The notes beneath the pieces were generated by a model. It was not told the origin of the DNA. It ran no database searches and saw only the letters and a list, made by a program, of their open reading frames with translations. Position numbers and translations under genes: made by a program. Positions 1 to 12,231 of a stretch of DNA of 64,000 nt are shown in pieces. The stretch lies in assembly GCF_023055435.1 (NCBI RefSeq), contig NW_025963957.1:3658001-3722000 (forward strand). The letters run 5' to 3'. The DNA is from Haliotis rufescens. Lineage: Eukaryota. Each line of letters begins with the position of its first letter. Within the stretch, counting starts at the first letter, position 1.

Positions 1-132
1 CACTGTTCTAGTTTCTTGATATTCCGCCATATGTTTTGCCATTTGTCTATGTGTTGATTGAATTAAGACTGTAATGGTAAGAGTTTGTAACAAGATCAAT
101 GCTTGACTTCACATGCCTGTCCTTCTTTTCAG

Positions 133-233
133 GAAAGGTGTATAACATCACTCCATACCTGGAGTTTCATCCTGGTGGAATTGATGAACTGATGAGGGGA
201 GCCGGGAAGGACGGGACACAACTCTTTGACGAG
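133..233 (+). CDS. CYB5R4: Cytochrome b5 reductase 4 (NCB5OR), internal exon A: cytochrome b5 domain with first heme ligand
   Basis: Acceptor ttttcag|133, donor GAG|gtaatg at 234. Translates (G)[33 protein letters not shown] with the HPGG heme motif. Phase 1 in, phase 0 out. Confidence 0.95.
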
Positions 234-650
234 GTAATGTGTTTCAGATCTACACACGACCGTATGCACCCTAGTTTCAGTTATTGCCATCCTCTGTCAG
301 AAGAAGCATCTATTTCCTTTGTCTGACACACTGTCCCTGTGATATTTCTGAGAGTTCATACATTATTTCTCCATCTACATACTGTTACAGAAGTTGTAAT
401 ACGACCAGGGAGGCAATAGAAACTAACATTTTTAGTCCACTGGTCCTTATAATGATAACATATAGCACAACTCTAAAAAAAATTCTACTAGTCCTTATGA
501 TACCTTAGCTATTGGGCTGTTTGGCAAGGACTACAGGACTAGTGGAAATTTGTAACGCTGCAGGGTCACAAATACAACCCTTGTGTGTCACACCCAGAAG
601 TTTCCAGAGGGTGCCACAATGGCGTAGGTCTTAGATGTGTGACCATTCTA

Positions 651-1058
651 AAGACCAACTCTGAGGTGACACCGGGACAGTGGTGTATTTAACACCTGGA
701 GGAATGACCACCAGGAAGACCAACTCTGAGGTGACACCGGGACAGTGGTGTATTTAACACCTGGAGGAATGACCACCAGGAAGACCAACTCTGAGGTGTC
801 ACCAGGACAGTGGTGTATTTAACACCTGGAGGAATGACCACCAGGAAGACCAACTCTGAGGTGTCACCGGGACAGTGGTGTATTTAACACCTGGAGGAAT
901 GACCACCAGGAAGACCAACTCTGAGGTGTCAACGGGACAGTGGTGTATTTAACACCTGGAGGAATGAACACCAGGAAGACCAACTCTGAGGTGTCACCAG
1001 GACAGTGGTGTATTTAACACCTGGAGGAATGACCACCAGGAAGACCAACTCTGAGGTG
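651..1058. repeat. Minisatellite, 65-bp unit, about 6.3 copies
   Basis: AAGACCAACT recurs at 651, 716, 781, 846, 911, 976 and 1041. Confidence 0.97.
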
Positions 1059-1218
1059 TACTTTGACCATGCTGCTAAATTCTCTAAAAATGCATATTTG
1101 GCTGTGTAAACTTCTTCTACTCTTCAATTGCCAGACTGAAGGAGCTGAACTGACTTGCATGTTCCTCCTTTAGGTGAAATCATATTTTGTTCCATGAAAT
1201 GCTGGTGTTATTTTTGAG

Positions 1219-1480
1219 TGATCAGTGAATATGCAGCATCAGTGTTTATGCAGCATCAGTGTTTATGCAGCATCAGTGTTTATGCAGAATCAGTGTTTAT
1301 GCAGCATCAGTGCTTATGCAGCATCAGTGTTTATGCAGCATCAGTGTTAATGCAGCATCAGTGTTTATGCAGCATCAGTGTTTATGCAGCATCAGTGTTT
1401 ATGCAGCATCAGTGTTAATGCAGCATCAGTATTTATGCAGCATCAGTGTTAATGCAGCATCAGTGTTTATGCAGCATATG
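1219..1480. repeat. Minisatellite, 17-bp unit (ATGCAGCATCAGTGTTT)
   Basis: Direct tandem copies visible; explains ORFs 1218..1418 and 1259..1564. Confidence 0.97.
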
Positions 1481-2696
1481 TTTGGATATCACTGCTGCCA
1501 GCAACTTTATTTGAGTGTCGGTCTTTGTTGGCCAGTTGAAACTGTTGACTACATATCCAGGTAAGTACAGCGCTGGATCACTATACTTTCAAATACTTCA
1601 TGTTCAGGGTATGAGACCTTTTCTTGATATTTGCATTAAGTGTAGTTGACTCTACTATATCTTTAACAACATGGAGCCGGATGAAGGTTAAATTCCTACA
1701 TGTTCTGGGTGCAAGGCCTTTTCTTGATGTCTCCTGAAAAATGTAGATTGTGTAGTTTTAAAAAATATAACAGGAATGATATTGCTTGCTTGAATTTTTC
1801 TGTGTTTTTTTATGAGAACGCCAAGAACCATTTCAATCTGGAATTTATTTCCACTTGAATCTTGCTGTACTCAGCGTCTTTGTGAAGTTTTTGTAAGTAT
1901 GCCATACATGCCGTCGTCGCAAGCAGCGTCACTGGTGGACACCAAGCAACGCAATCAATACTGATCTTCCTAAATCAGTAGCACAATCCACACTGACTGA
2001 CAGTCCAATTTCAAAGGGCTTGAGAATTAATTTCTTATGAAATTCTTGGATATTAGATGGGTCAAGTTATCATTGGAGAGAAGGTGCTGTTTCCATGGCT
2101 GTGTGCCTTGACCACACTTCGGATGTTTGCATGCCATGTGTGATCGTTAGTTGAGTGATAAGGAGTAACTAGAGATTGCTATTGAGGTGCTGAGTTTGGG
2201 GAGAGACGCATTTGGTTCAGGGCTTTAGGATTAATCTACTGCTTCATCTCTGTCAAATGCTGAAGAAAAATGAACATTTTTACATTTGGTCGTTGTGGGA
2301 ATGGAGGAGAGTGGAGCAGTTTGAAGTGTGTGATAAGGAATAAAGATTGATAATGTAATTACATTACTTGCGGTAAGTGTCGCACTGACAGTACTTCCTC
2401 ACTGACATTAAAACTATTTTAAGCTGACATTTGTGGAAAGATTGTGGACGAGTTGATCCAAGATGATACCTCTAAGTGATATGCACTCTTTGATATCAAG
2501 TGGAGCTGTTGACTTTGTTATATTTTTTCTGTCAATGATGTACATGTGTGATGTCATCTAGATGAGTGATGTTATTTAGAGTGAATGAATGTTGTTTAAT
2601 GCCACAGTCAGCAGTATTCCAGCTACATTAATACAGACAGCCATTAATTGATCGGGGACAATCCAGTCAGCATGAGCAGCAGTCCATGTCATTTGA

Positions 2697-3402
2697 GTAT
2701 GATATGACAAGTATGATACGACAAGTATGATACGACAGGTATGATATGACAAGTATGATCTGACAGGTATGATATGACAGACAGGTATGATACGACAAGT
2801 ATGATACGACAGGTATGATATGACAAGTATGATACGACAGGTATGATATGACAAGTATGATACGACAAGTATGATATGACAAGTATGATACGAGGAGAAT
2901 GATACAACAGGTATGATATGACAAGTATGATATGACAGGTATGATATGACAGGTATGATACGACACGTATGATACGACAAGTATGATATGACAGGTATGA
3001 TATGACAAGTGTGATACAACAAGTATGATATGACAGGTATGATATGACAAGTATGAGTGAGTGAATGAGTGAGTATGGTTTTACTCCGCTTTTAGCAATA
3101 TTCCAGCAATATCACGGCGGGGGACACCAGAAATGGGCTTCACACATTGTAGCCATGTACCCATACAACAGGTATGATATGACAAGTATGATATGACGAG
3201 AATGATACAACAGGTATGATATGACAAGTATGATACGACAAGTATAATATGACAGGTATGATATGACAGGTATGATATGACATATGATTCAACAAATATG
3301 ATACAAGTATGATTTGCCAATTATGATATGACATGTATGATATGACAAGTATGATACAAGTATGATATGACAAATATGATGCAACAAATATGATATGACA
3401 AG
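2697..3402. repeat. Minisatellite, 14-bp unit (GTATGATAYGACAR), interrupted by a SINE
   Basis: Tandem copies on both sides of the SINE fragment at 3055-3164. Confidence 0.95.
3055..3164 (-). mobile_element. SINE family A, 5'-truncated copy
   Basis: Reverse complement of the family A 3' half (...GATATTGCTGGAATATTGCTAAAAGCGG...CACTCACT). Confidence 0.9.
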
Positions 3403-4326
3403 TCTGACTACTAGATCTACATTAAGTTGCTCATGTGGCAATCATGAGGTACTGGGGACCTTCTTTAACCAAGAATCCCCATTGGGGATATTATCAGAGT
3501 GTAATTACCTTACAGTGCATGTTAGAAATGTTTTAGTTACACAGGAAAAATACAACAATTTTTCTTTTCACGGTTCCCAATATTTACGTGCTAAGCGAAT
3601 TAAGGTATCACAAATAATGATTTTGCACTCATCTACTTTCTTACTGGACCAAATAAGGTTAGTGACATATTTTCCTTGCATGTGGAAAGTAGTCATTGGG
3701 AGTTTAGTTTATAAGCAATCTCAAATGTGGGGTACCTGTAGTCTGCCAGATTATGTTTGTTTGTCATAGTCTATGTTGCCCCACGACAATATTCTAAAAC
3801 CCATTCTTGTGTCCCCTGTATGGGAAGTGCCATAATGGTTAGTACTCTGCTGAAGCCTTTCCACATGCCAACGTGTGAGATACATTTTCCTTTTATACTT
3901 ATCAACACCCTTAACCAGTGCCCCATAGCTCGTGGGCACTTACACTGACAATGTCACCTCCCACCTACACAGCGCTGCCATGTATCAAGTTGGTGTTGGT
4001 ATTGCCAGACATGGGTCACCGCTTGCCTGGAGCAGTCTGATCCAGGGTTAAGGTAGCTGCAATCATGCAAGTGAAGATTGCTTATGTTTAATAGTTTGCC
4101 TATACATTAATCCCCATCAGTGTGAACTCCCTTTGTCTGATAGTCTTTTCTGGATGGTTACTCTGAGAATGCTTTGTGTAGACAAAGTAACAGTAACACT
4201 CGGGATTCATTAATATGGAATTATTTTAATCAAGATGGTTTCAGTGGGAACGCTTCCATGTGGATACATTGGGTTTCATTGTATATCTTATTACAAGTTT
4301 TACCTGTTCAAGAAAGTTGAACAGAA

Positions 4327-4397
4327 CAGAGTTTGGTTAGGGTTGGGTTAGGGTTGGGTCAGGGTTGGGTCAGGGTTGGGTGAGGGTTAGGTCAGGG
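4327..4397 (+). repeat. Telomere-like 11-mer repeat (GGGTYAGGGTT)n
   Basis: GGTTAGGGTTGGGTTAGGGTTGGGTCAGGGTT... Confidence 0.9.
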
Positions 4398-5127
4398 TTT
4401 GGTGATTGGGTTGTGTCAGGGTTTGGTGACTGGGTTGTCAGGGTTTGGTGATTGGGTTGTGTCAGGGTTTGGTGATTGGGTTGTGTCAGGGTTTGGTGAT
4501 TGGGTTGTGTCAGGGTTTGGTGACTGGGTTGTGTCAGGGTTTGGTGACTGGGTTGTGTCAGGGTTTGGTGTCTGGGTTGTCAGGGTTTGGTGACTGGGTT
4601 GTGTCAGGGTTTGGTGACTGGGTTGTGTCAGGGTTTGGTGACTGGGTTGTCAGGGTTTGGTGACTGGGTTGTGTCAGGGTTTGGTGACTGGGTTGTCAGG
4701 GTTTGGTGACTGGGTTGTGTCAGGGTTTGGTGACTGGGTTGTCAGGGTTTGGTGTCTGGGTTGTCAGGGTTTGGTGACTGGGTTGTCAGGGTTTGGTGTC
4801 TGGGTTGTGTCAGGGTTTGGTGACTGGGTTGTGTCAGGGTTTGGTGTCTGGGTTGTCAGGGTTGGGTGTCTGGGTTGTGTCAGGGTTTGGTGACTGGGTT
4901 TTGTTAGCGTTTGGTGAATAGGTTGTGTCTTGGTTGTCAGGGTTTGGTGACTGGGTTGTGTCAGGGTTTGGTGACTGGGTTGTGTCAGGGTTTGGTGACT
5001 GGGTTGTGTTAGCGTTTGGTGAATAGGTTGTGTCTTGGTTGTCAGGGTTTGGTGTCTGGGTTGTCAGGGTTTGGTGTCTGGGTTGTGTCAGGGTTTGGTG
5101 ACTGGGTTGTGTCAGAGTTTGGTGACT
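4393..5127. repeat. G/T-rich minisatellite, 24/22-bp unit (CAGGGTTTGGTGACTGGGTTGT[GT])
   Basis: Tandem copies; explains the SGFGDWVV repeat ORFs. Confidence 0.97.
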
Positions 5128-6140
5128 GTTATCTGTTGAATTAGTGGAAAAGAGCCAAGTCTAGATACCTGTTATCTGTTGAATTAGTAGACAAGAGTCA
5201 AGTCTAGACGACTGGTATCTGTTGAATTAGTGGACAAGAGCCAAGCCTAGATACCTGTTATCTGTTGAATTTGTGGACAAGAGCTGAGTCTAGATTTCTG
5301 TTATCTGTTGAATTAGTGGACAAGAGTCAAGTCTAGACCACTGTTATCTGTTGAATGAGTGGACAAGAGCCAAGTCTAGATACCTGTTATCTGTTGAATT
5401 AGTGGACATAAGCCAAGTCTAGATCCCTGTTGTCTGTTGAATTAGTGGACAAGAGCCAAGTCTAGATACCTGTTATCTGTTGAATTAGTGGACAAGAGTC
5501 AAGTCTAGATCCCTGTTATCTGTTGAATTAGTGGACATGAGCCAAGTCTAGATACCTGTTGTCTGTTGAATTAGTGGACAAGAGTCAAGTCTAGATCCCT
5601 GTTACCTGTTGAATTAGTGGACATGAGCCAAGTCTAGATACCTGTTGTCTGTTGAATTTGTGGACAAGAGCCAAGTCTAGATATCTGTTATCTGTTGGAT
5701 TAGTGGACATGAGCCAAGTCTAGATCCCTGTTCACTATTGAATTAGTGGACAAAAGCCAAGTCTAGATACCTGTAATCTGTTGAATTAGTGGACAAGAGT
5801 CAAGTCTAGATCCCTGTTATCTGTTGAATTAGTGGACATGAGCCAAGTCTAGATACCTGTTATCTGTTGAATTAGTGGACAAGAGTCAAGTCTAGATACC
5901 TGTTATCTGTTGAATTATTGGACAAAAGCCAAGTCTAGATCCCTGTAATCTGTTGAATTAGTGGACAAGAGTCAAGTCTAGATACCTGCTATCTGTTGAA
6001 TTAGTGGACAAGAGTCAAGTCTAGATACCTGTTATCTGTTGAATTAGTGGACAAGAGTCAAGTCTAGATACCTGTTATCTGTTGAATTAGTGGACAAGAG
6101 CCAAGTCTAGATCCCTGTTATCTGTTGAAGTAGTGGACAG
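5126..6140. repeat. Minisatellite, 43-bp unit containing TCTAGA, about 23 copies
   Basis: Unit CTGTTATCTGTTGAATTAGTGGACAAGAGYCAAGTCTAGATAC, period 43. Confidence 0.97.
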
Positions 6141-6499
6141 AGCCGAACATGGTCAATGTAAAAATGTCTTGTCATGGTAACAATTGTAGAGATAGGCAAA
6201 CCAACTGTCATGACAGCACACCACTAATACTCAGATAACAGCACCACAGACATTCAATATCGTCAGGCACCCTTCAGTGTGAAAGAAATTCATACATACA
6301 AATAGTATGAATTGGTAAGGGATTATCTGAGTATTCTGACACGACAAGGGTGTCCCCCCTTGACAAAGACTAGTTGGCATCTAGTGCCGGTTGTTCATGC
6401 TTTGGTAAAAGACATTAATATCAAAGCATACTTATCTGTAGTGTAGTATTGCCCTGTGTAGAGAATCTACCAAAGCCCTTATAGGTTGTGACAGTTGCA

Positions 6500-6657
6500 G
6501 GGGCGGTCGGGTAGCCTAGTGGTTTAAGCGTTCGCTCATCACGCCGAAGACTCGGGTTCGATTCCCGACATGGGTACAATGTGTGAAGCCCATTTCTGGT
6601 GTCCCCCGCCGTGATATTGCTGGAATAAAAACGCGGCGTAAAACCATACTCACTCAC
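6500..6657 (+). mobile_element. tRNA-derived SINE family A, full length
   Basis: Pol III A box (GTAGCCTAGTGG), B box (GGGTTCGATTCCC), (CACT)n tail, and 13-bp TSD TGTGACAGTTGCA at 6487-6499 and 6658-6670. Confidence 0.95.
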
Positions 6658-6885
6658 TGTGACAGTTGCAACCAATCCATTTAGTGACAGCGTCTAGTCT
6701 GATCATCCAGCATCTACAAAGGGTGGCCATCTTTCTGATTTGTAACTGAATTGGATAGCTATCAGTAGGTGATTATGGAAACGTCCCAGCTCAGTATGTG
6801 CTGACAGACTGAAAGTAAGACACTCGAGAGAGCTTACTGTTTATTAGTAACGGAGTGAGTTTGGTTTGACAATGCTGGCCACAGT

Positions 6886-7144
6886 TTGTTTGTTGTTTAA
6901 CGCTGCACTCAGCATTATTCCAGTTATATGACGGCGGTTTGTAAATAATCGAGACTGGACCAAGCAATCCAGTGACTGATATCATGAGCATCGATCCACG
7001 TAATTGGGATACGATGACATGCATCAACCAAGTCAGCGAGTCTGACCACCCGATCCCGTTAGTCGCCTCTTACTACAAGCACAGTCACCTTTAACGCAAG
7101 CATGGGTTGCTGAAGACCTATTCTACCCCGGACCTTCATGGGTA
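6886..7144 (-). mobile_element. Short retroposon family B (no tRNA head), full length
   Basis: Matches copies at 24314, 33858 and 51718; (AAAC)n tail; TSD GCTGGCYACAGT. Confidence 0.9.
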
Positions 7145-7252
7145 GCTGGCTACAGTGTACCAGCTTGTTTACTTGTTACATCTATAAATAGCTGAATCTG
7201 GACCAGGCAAACCAGTGACCTGGACAATGATTCTTAATTATTTCCAATGTTA

Positions 7253-8583
7253 GGCGAGACCAATTTAATTGCTAGGATTACGGATCCGCCGACACCCATT
7301 TTCGCCAAATCAGAATAAAAACACAACGAAATTCTATCATTTTTAAAAAAAATATTCTACCCAACATCCGACATCGATCGATAAGCCTTGTTGTGAGAGA
7401 ATACATGTTAGGGGAAGTAACTCTAATTTTTAAATAAAATTCCTTACGCAAATGTGTCGGCAAATTCCATTGGTCGTTCCACGCGAACATAGCCAATCGA
7501 ATGCGTACTCTCAATTAGTGTTTCCCGCATGCGCATAGCGTGGATTGAATATGCCGGGACCATGTGTAGGACATGGGGTGTCAGTTTGGGTGTTTTAATG
7601 CCTTTTATTATCTGGTGTCTTTCGTCAATGTCAGCAAAGTATTTCAGCGTAAGCGTTCTGAAGGGTAGTGTGTGCTCATCAAAGCGAATCATTGAAAGTC
7701 CACTGGATGACACAGTTGGTGATTTGGCGACGAAAGCCATATCGTCAATCCCGATGGAGATGGACTTTCTATTCAAGAGGTGCATGCAACAGAATCTAAG
7801 GCTAGTTCCTACGGGAATATTGTCGAACTTACAACACCTATGCAAGTTTTAGCAGACTTTGGACTAAATTATGTGACAGTGGTGCTATTTGATTTTAGTG
7901 CATTCCACATGTTAGCATAACACGTCAGCCATGAGTGTTACCTGATCATTAAACACGATAAAGTGATACTGGACAGAGTATTTCAAGTACTTGTATCTGC
8001 CAAATGTTTTCTTTTGTTTTGAAGTCAATGGCTATTTAATTTAAGTGCATTCCACATGTTAGCATAGCACTTCAGCCATGAGTGTTACCTGATCATTTAA
8101 CACAATAAAGTTATACTGGACAGAGTATTTCAAGTACTTGTATGTGCCAAATATATATTTGTTTTGAAGCCAAGTGCTGTTTTAATTTCAGTGTATTTCA
8201 CATTGTTTTTATATTTTTAAAATACAATAAAACTTTAATAAGTTAAAAGCTTGTTGTTGAAGTCTAACTGCTTGTGGGAAACTGCTAAAAGATACCTGTA
8301 AACCCTGGTCATCAGTAAGGAGAGTCATTAGATAAAGGGACTATAGTGCATTGCTTGCAACATGAGTGGTGGGTAATACTGAAATTCTTTTGTAGCTTCT
8401 GTTGCACAAGTGAGAGATTTTTTTCTTTTTTATTTCCTCCTATCAGCATTCCTTCCTCCTAAAATCCGTAATACCTGCGAAAAAAAATTCTCTCAAGTAC
8501 TTTTTTTTTTTTTACATTTCCTCCTCCATTCAGCCACTTTACCCGAAAAAATCCGTAATCCTAGCAATTAAATTGGTCTGGCC
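7253..8583. mobile_element. Non-autonomous DNA transposon, 33-bp TIR, TTA TSD (Zator- or PIF/Harbinger-type)
   Basis: Left GGCGAGACCAATTTAATTGCTAGGATTACGGAT; the right end is its reverse complement with one mismatch. TTA at 7250-7252 and 8584-8586. Internal duplication of about 145 bp near 7890-8180. Confidence 0.88.
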
Positions 8584-8911
8584 TTATGTCAAATCGAAAA
8601 CATGATATTTTGTCAGTACATTAGATTTTTATTGTTCATGTGTGATTTAGGTTTAGTTTACCTCATTGCTGGCTTCATCATGCCGTATCTGTTAAATGAC
8701 CAAAGTCAGTTTTAACTCTGTTATATTAGCAATTTTTAAATGGCTCATATAAAAACAAAGTCAGTGTTTTCTCTTCCAGTTTCAGCATATTTCTACCAAT
8801 TCATAATTTCTGAATAGGTAAACATTCGAGGTCTTAACATCAAATGTCTTGAAATTGCAACAACTAAGGAATTGAGTTTCCTATAACATCATAGTGACCT
8901 AAGGGCACCCA

Positions 8912-9177
8912 GGGGGTGGGATCGGGTGGCCCAGTCGTCTAAGGCGCCGCATTTCGCTGTGCATAGTTGGGCACACCAGAAACCTATGATTGTGGTTTCA
9001 CCCCGATTATGTTTCTAGGTTTGTCAGCACCCGTCCTCGAGAGTTTTCACCGAAGTGGTAAACATCTAAGACCTGCATCACTTAGAGCTTTCCTCCCGCA
9101 TTAAGCTGACACGCTGTGATATGACTGATATGGAATACTATTAAAAGCAGTGTTTAACACCATTCACTCACTCACTC
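8912..9177 (+). mobile_element. SINE family D (degenerate; MetaSINE-like 3' part, (CACT)n tail)
   Basis: GGTGGCCCAGTCGTCT head shared with 37157 (+) and 52852 (-). 3' end TTTCCTCCCGCATTAAGCTGACACGCTGTGATAT...CACTCACT. Confidence 0.7.
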
Positions 9178-9620
9178 GTAGTGACCTAAAAGCAGTAATG
9201 ACTAAATTAACTCACAAGTGCATGAAATGACATTCCGTATGGAATCAGAATGTTGGAATTCATCTCCAAGAGTTGAATACCAGTATTGTCCATCCTTCAA
9301 AGGCAGCACTTGACAACTGCTTAAGAAGGCCTGTACAAGATACAGACAATGGTCTTATGGCTTCTTGGAAACAGTATTGTTTTTAGGTTGTTGAAATGTC
9401 ACTTCACTTTAACAACCTTCAGTTCAAGAGAAGCTTCGCACACTTTCTTTGCCCTGAAGTCTTTTATTCTTGTGCTTCTTAAGTAAACCTTTGTGTTTTG
9501 TAAATATTGAAGTGTATTAGTTACAACAGAGGTTCAAGTGAACTGGTAAACTTATGAGATATTTAAGGCCATCAGACTTAGAGAACAGCTAACAAAATAA
9601 GGGTGAAACAACCCTATATG

Positions 9621-9731
9621 AACCCAACCCTGACCCAACCCTGACCCAACCCTAACCCAACCCTGACCCAACCCTGACCCAACCCTAACCCAACCCTAAC
9701 CCAACCCTGACCCAACCCTGACCCAACTCTG
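9621..9731 (-). repeat. Telomere-like 11-mer repeat (AACCCTRACCC)n
   Basis: Reverse complement of the tract at 4327-4397. Confidence 0.92.
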
Positions 9732-10669
9732 GCGCTGAATGTTTGCCATATCAAGGCGTATTATTTCCGAGGCCCAGTTCCTCCAAGCCATGTTATAATC
9801 TTTGTTAAAATATAGGAGTAAGATAGTCAATGGTGACTTTGAGACGCAGGGTTGTGGACCCAATGGTAAAACTGTTATATTGCCCTCTGTGGTATAAACA
9901 CTATTCATTGTGGTTATTGCACATATGCTGATTGTCACACTGTGCTGTTCATAGCGAACAGTAATCCATACCATGATAAGAGAAACCCAACTTAATTAAT
10001 GTCCTTCCCGATGGATTGCCCATCCAAACATTCACACAGGAATTGCAATGGAATTAAGACGTTTCTCTAGCAGTACTGAAGATTGACCCATTCATTTATG
10101 TAGCTCAAGGCACACAAATCATTAAGCATATCACAACGCCTTAATGGTTGTGATTATCGACTGTAGTAACATTGATTAGAACCCAGCAACTTATTCAAAT
10201 CATTTCTGGAGATGGCCATTACATAGATGTGGCGCGTAATAGATATAGGTGTGTGCACATGATTGATTGGGAGATAGAAATAGGCGATAATGGCTCCGCT
10301 TGTTGTCCACCGAACGGAATGCGGCACATTTCGATGCGTTGTGGGCAGCCAACCAGTAATAAGTTAGGCCGGCTCCTTTCAATGCTGTCATAAACGTCTT
10401 TATTCTCAGAGTATGATGGTTAGATCGGTGGGGAGCATGTGATATCTGATATAGTCCACAGACGATGGCAAAACATTGAAATTGTTCAATATCTGAGCAG
10501 AATGTATCCAGTCTTTTGTGCTATAGATAGAAGTATTCTTTGTAGTTTGTGGCATTAGGCACAAGACATGGATAGTGCCTGAGATTATTTGACAAACCAT
10601 ACTGTGTGGCTTCATGCTTCACTGTTATGGAAAAATGCTTTGTAATAAATGTACTTGCTTACAAAGAGA

Positions 10670-11003
10670 GACCGTGGTCTAGTGGTAGAATGTCCGCCCA
10701 GAGAGTGGAAGGTCCAGGGGTCGATCCCCGGCCCTGTCATACCAAAAGACATTGAAAGATGGTACTTGTTGTTGCCCTGTCTGGCGCTCGGCATTAGGGG
10801 GCTACAGCAAGGACTGGGCAGCTCAGAGTCTGTATANNNNNNNNNNNNNNNNNNNNNNNNNNNNNNNNNNNNNNNNNNNNNNNNNNNNNNNNNNNNNNNN
10901 NNNNNNNNNNNNNNNNNNNNNNNNNNNNNNNNNNNNNNNNNNNNNNNNNNNNNNNNNNNNNNNNNTCTTGGACGTGACGTTAAACCCCGTTTCACCTCAC
11001 CTC
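10670..11003 (+). mobile_element. tRNA-derived SINE family C (V-SINE/RUDI-like) spanning an assembly gap
   Basis: A/B boxes, V-domain-like GTCATACCAAAAGAC...TGGTACTTGTTG...GGCGCTCGGCATTA, and tail ACGTTAAACCC...TCACCTCACC. Confidence 0.88.
10837..10965. other. Assembly gap (run of N)
   Basis: 129 N characters inside the family C SINE. Confidence 0.99.
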
Positions 11004-12231
11004 GCTTACCAAAAAGCGGTGTTTTTTTTGGTGAAGTGCCCAAAATTGGTTATATTGAAATTAATTTTACATTGTGCTAGTTGGCAGCTTATAACATTGT
11101 TTCTGAACTAAATAGGGCTGATGTAATTAGTGGGGTATGTAGTTCATCATCATTATCATCATCCACACCATCGTTGCCATCATCATTTGATGACCACATT
11201 CATTCTGCAATTGACTTCAAAGCTTGTAGGAGTTACACAATTCTTAAACTAAGGGGAAAAAATCAACCCGAGAGTTCCTTTCTAATCCATTTGAGCTGAT
11301 TCACATGCTGCAAGTACAAGAATGGTTCTGTGTTGTTTGATGCCAAGGAAATGCTCTTTCTTGAGTCCCCGAGGCCCGATCAACAGAAACACAGAACCGC
11401 TTTAGGAGATAGGGAAGATAGAACATTATAGCCTTGGAATTAATATTTGTACATTTACGTAATCAAACCGAGCTTGAGGAGCATGTTGAAATGCTCTTAT
11501 CTTTATTCCACACCATGCTCCAACATGACATCAAACAAACAGGTGAAGGCATGGATCCAGGGAACTTAACCAAGTGGGAGATATGGTTCTGTACAGTAAC
11601 CGGCACAGTTTGCAGTCTAGGGATTCATACTGAGCAGGACAGCTTTTGTATATAAGACAAGAATATTATCTCATGGATGCTTTAAAATTGAAGCTATTTT
11701 AAACTGTAGTGTCAATAATATATTTATAACATGTATCAGATTGCTGTTCGTGTTAACAGTGTGTAAGTGCTTGGTGGGAGAGTTGTGAACTCTATGCTCC
11801 ACAGGAGAGGGTGATGACGTCAACGATGCTGTTGCTACCGTCAAAGCCACAACCATAGGTTGCGTTGAAGGAGCTCAATGTAAACTCCTTGGAGCAGCCA
11901 TTTTGGTAACTGATCATATTGATTGAAGAAATGTATTGAGGCTGGTGTATTCGATTCAATAAGTGCATTTCTTCCTGTCAGTCTATCGGTGAAGAGGCAG
12001 GCCCTTGTTACACTTCCAAGGAGTTGGTTTAGGCCTGCTCTGGCTAGTGCCACTCATGGGCTCATAGCATTTACAACTGTACCTATAATGATAATAATCA
12101 TTTCTTTGTTTGCTGCCTTGAAATAGTTTTCCCTTTGGTGTTGGTTAGTATGAATTTTGTAGACGAATACTGAAGAAAACTAGCGAGGTGATGTTGAGAG
12201 ATACTGTATGAACAGTCAGGGACAAGAACGA

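Noticed and set aside
99-326. Stand-alone 75-aa cytochrome b5 protein
   Set aside because: Only 133-233 is b5-like and it is bounded by splice sites; the second heme His is in the exon at 37463.
6500-6572. tRNA genes (also at 22869, 31275, 62420)
   Set aside because: These tRNA-like heads continue into SINE bodies with tails and TSDs; no clean cloverleaf plus terminator.
10612-11111. ORFs spanning 10.6-11.1 kb
   Set aside because: Artefacts of translating through the N gap inside a SINE.
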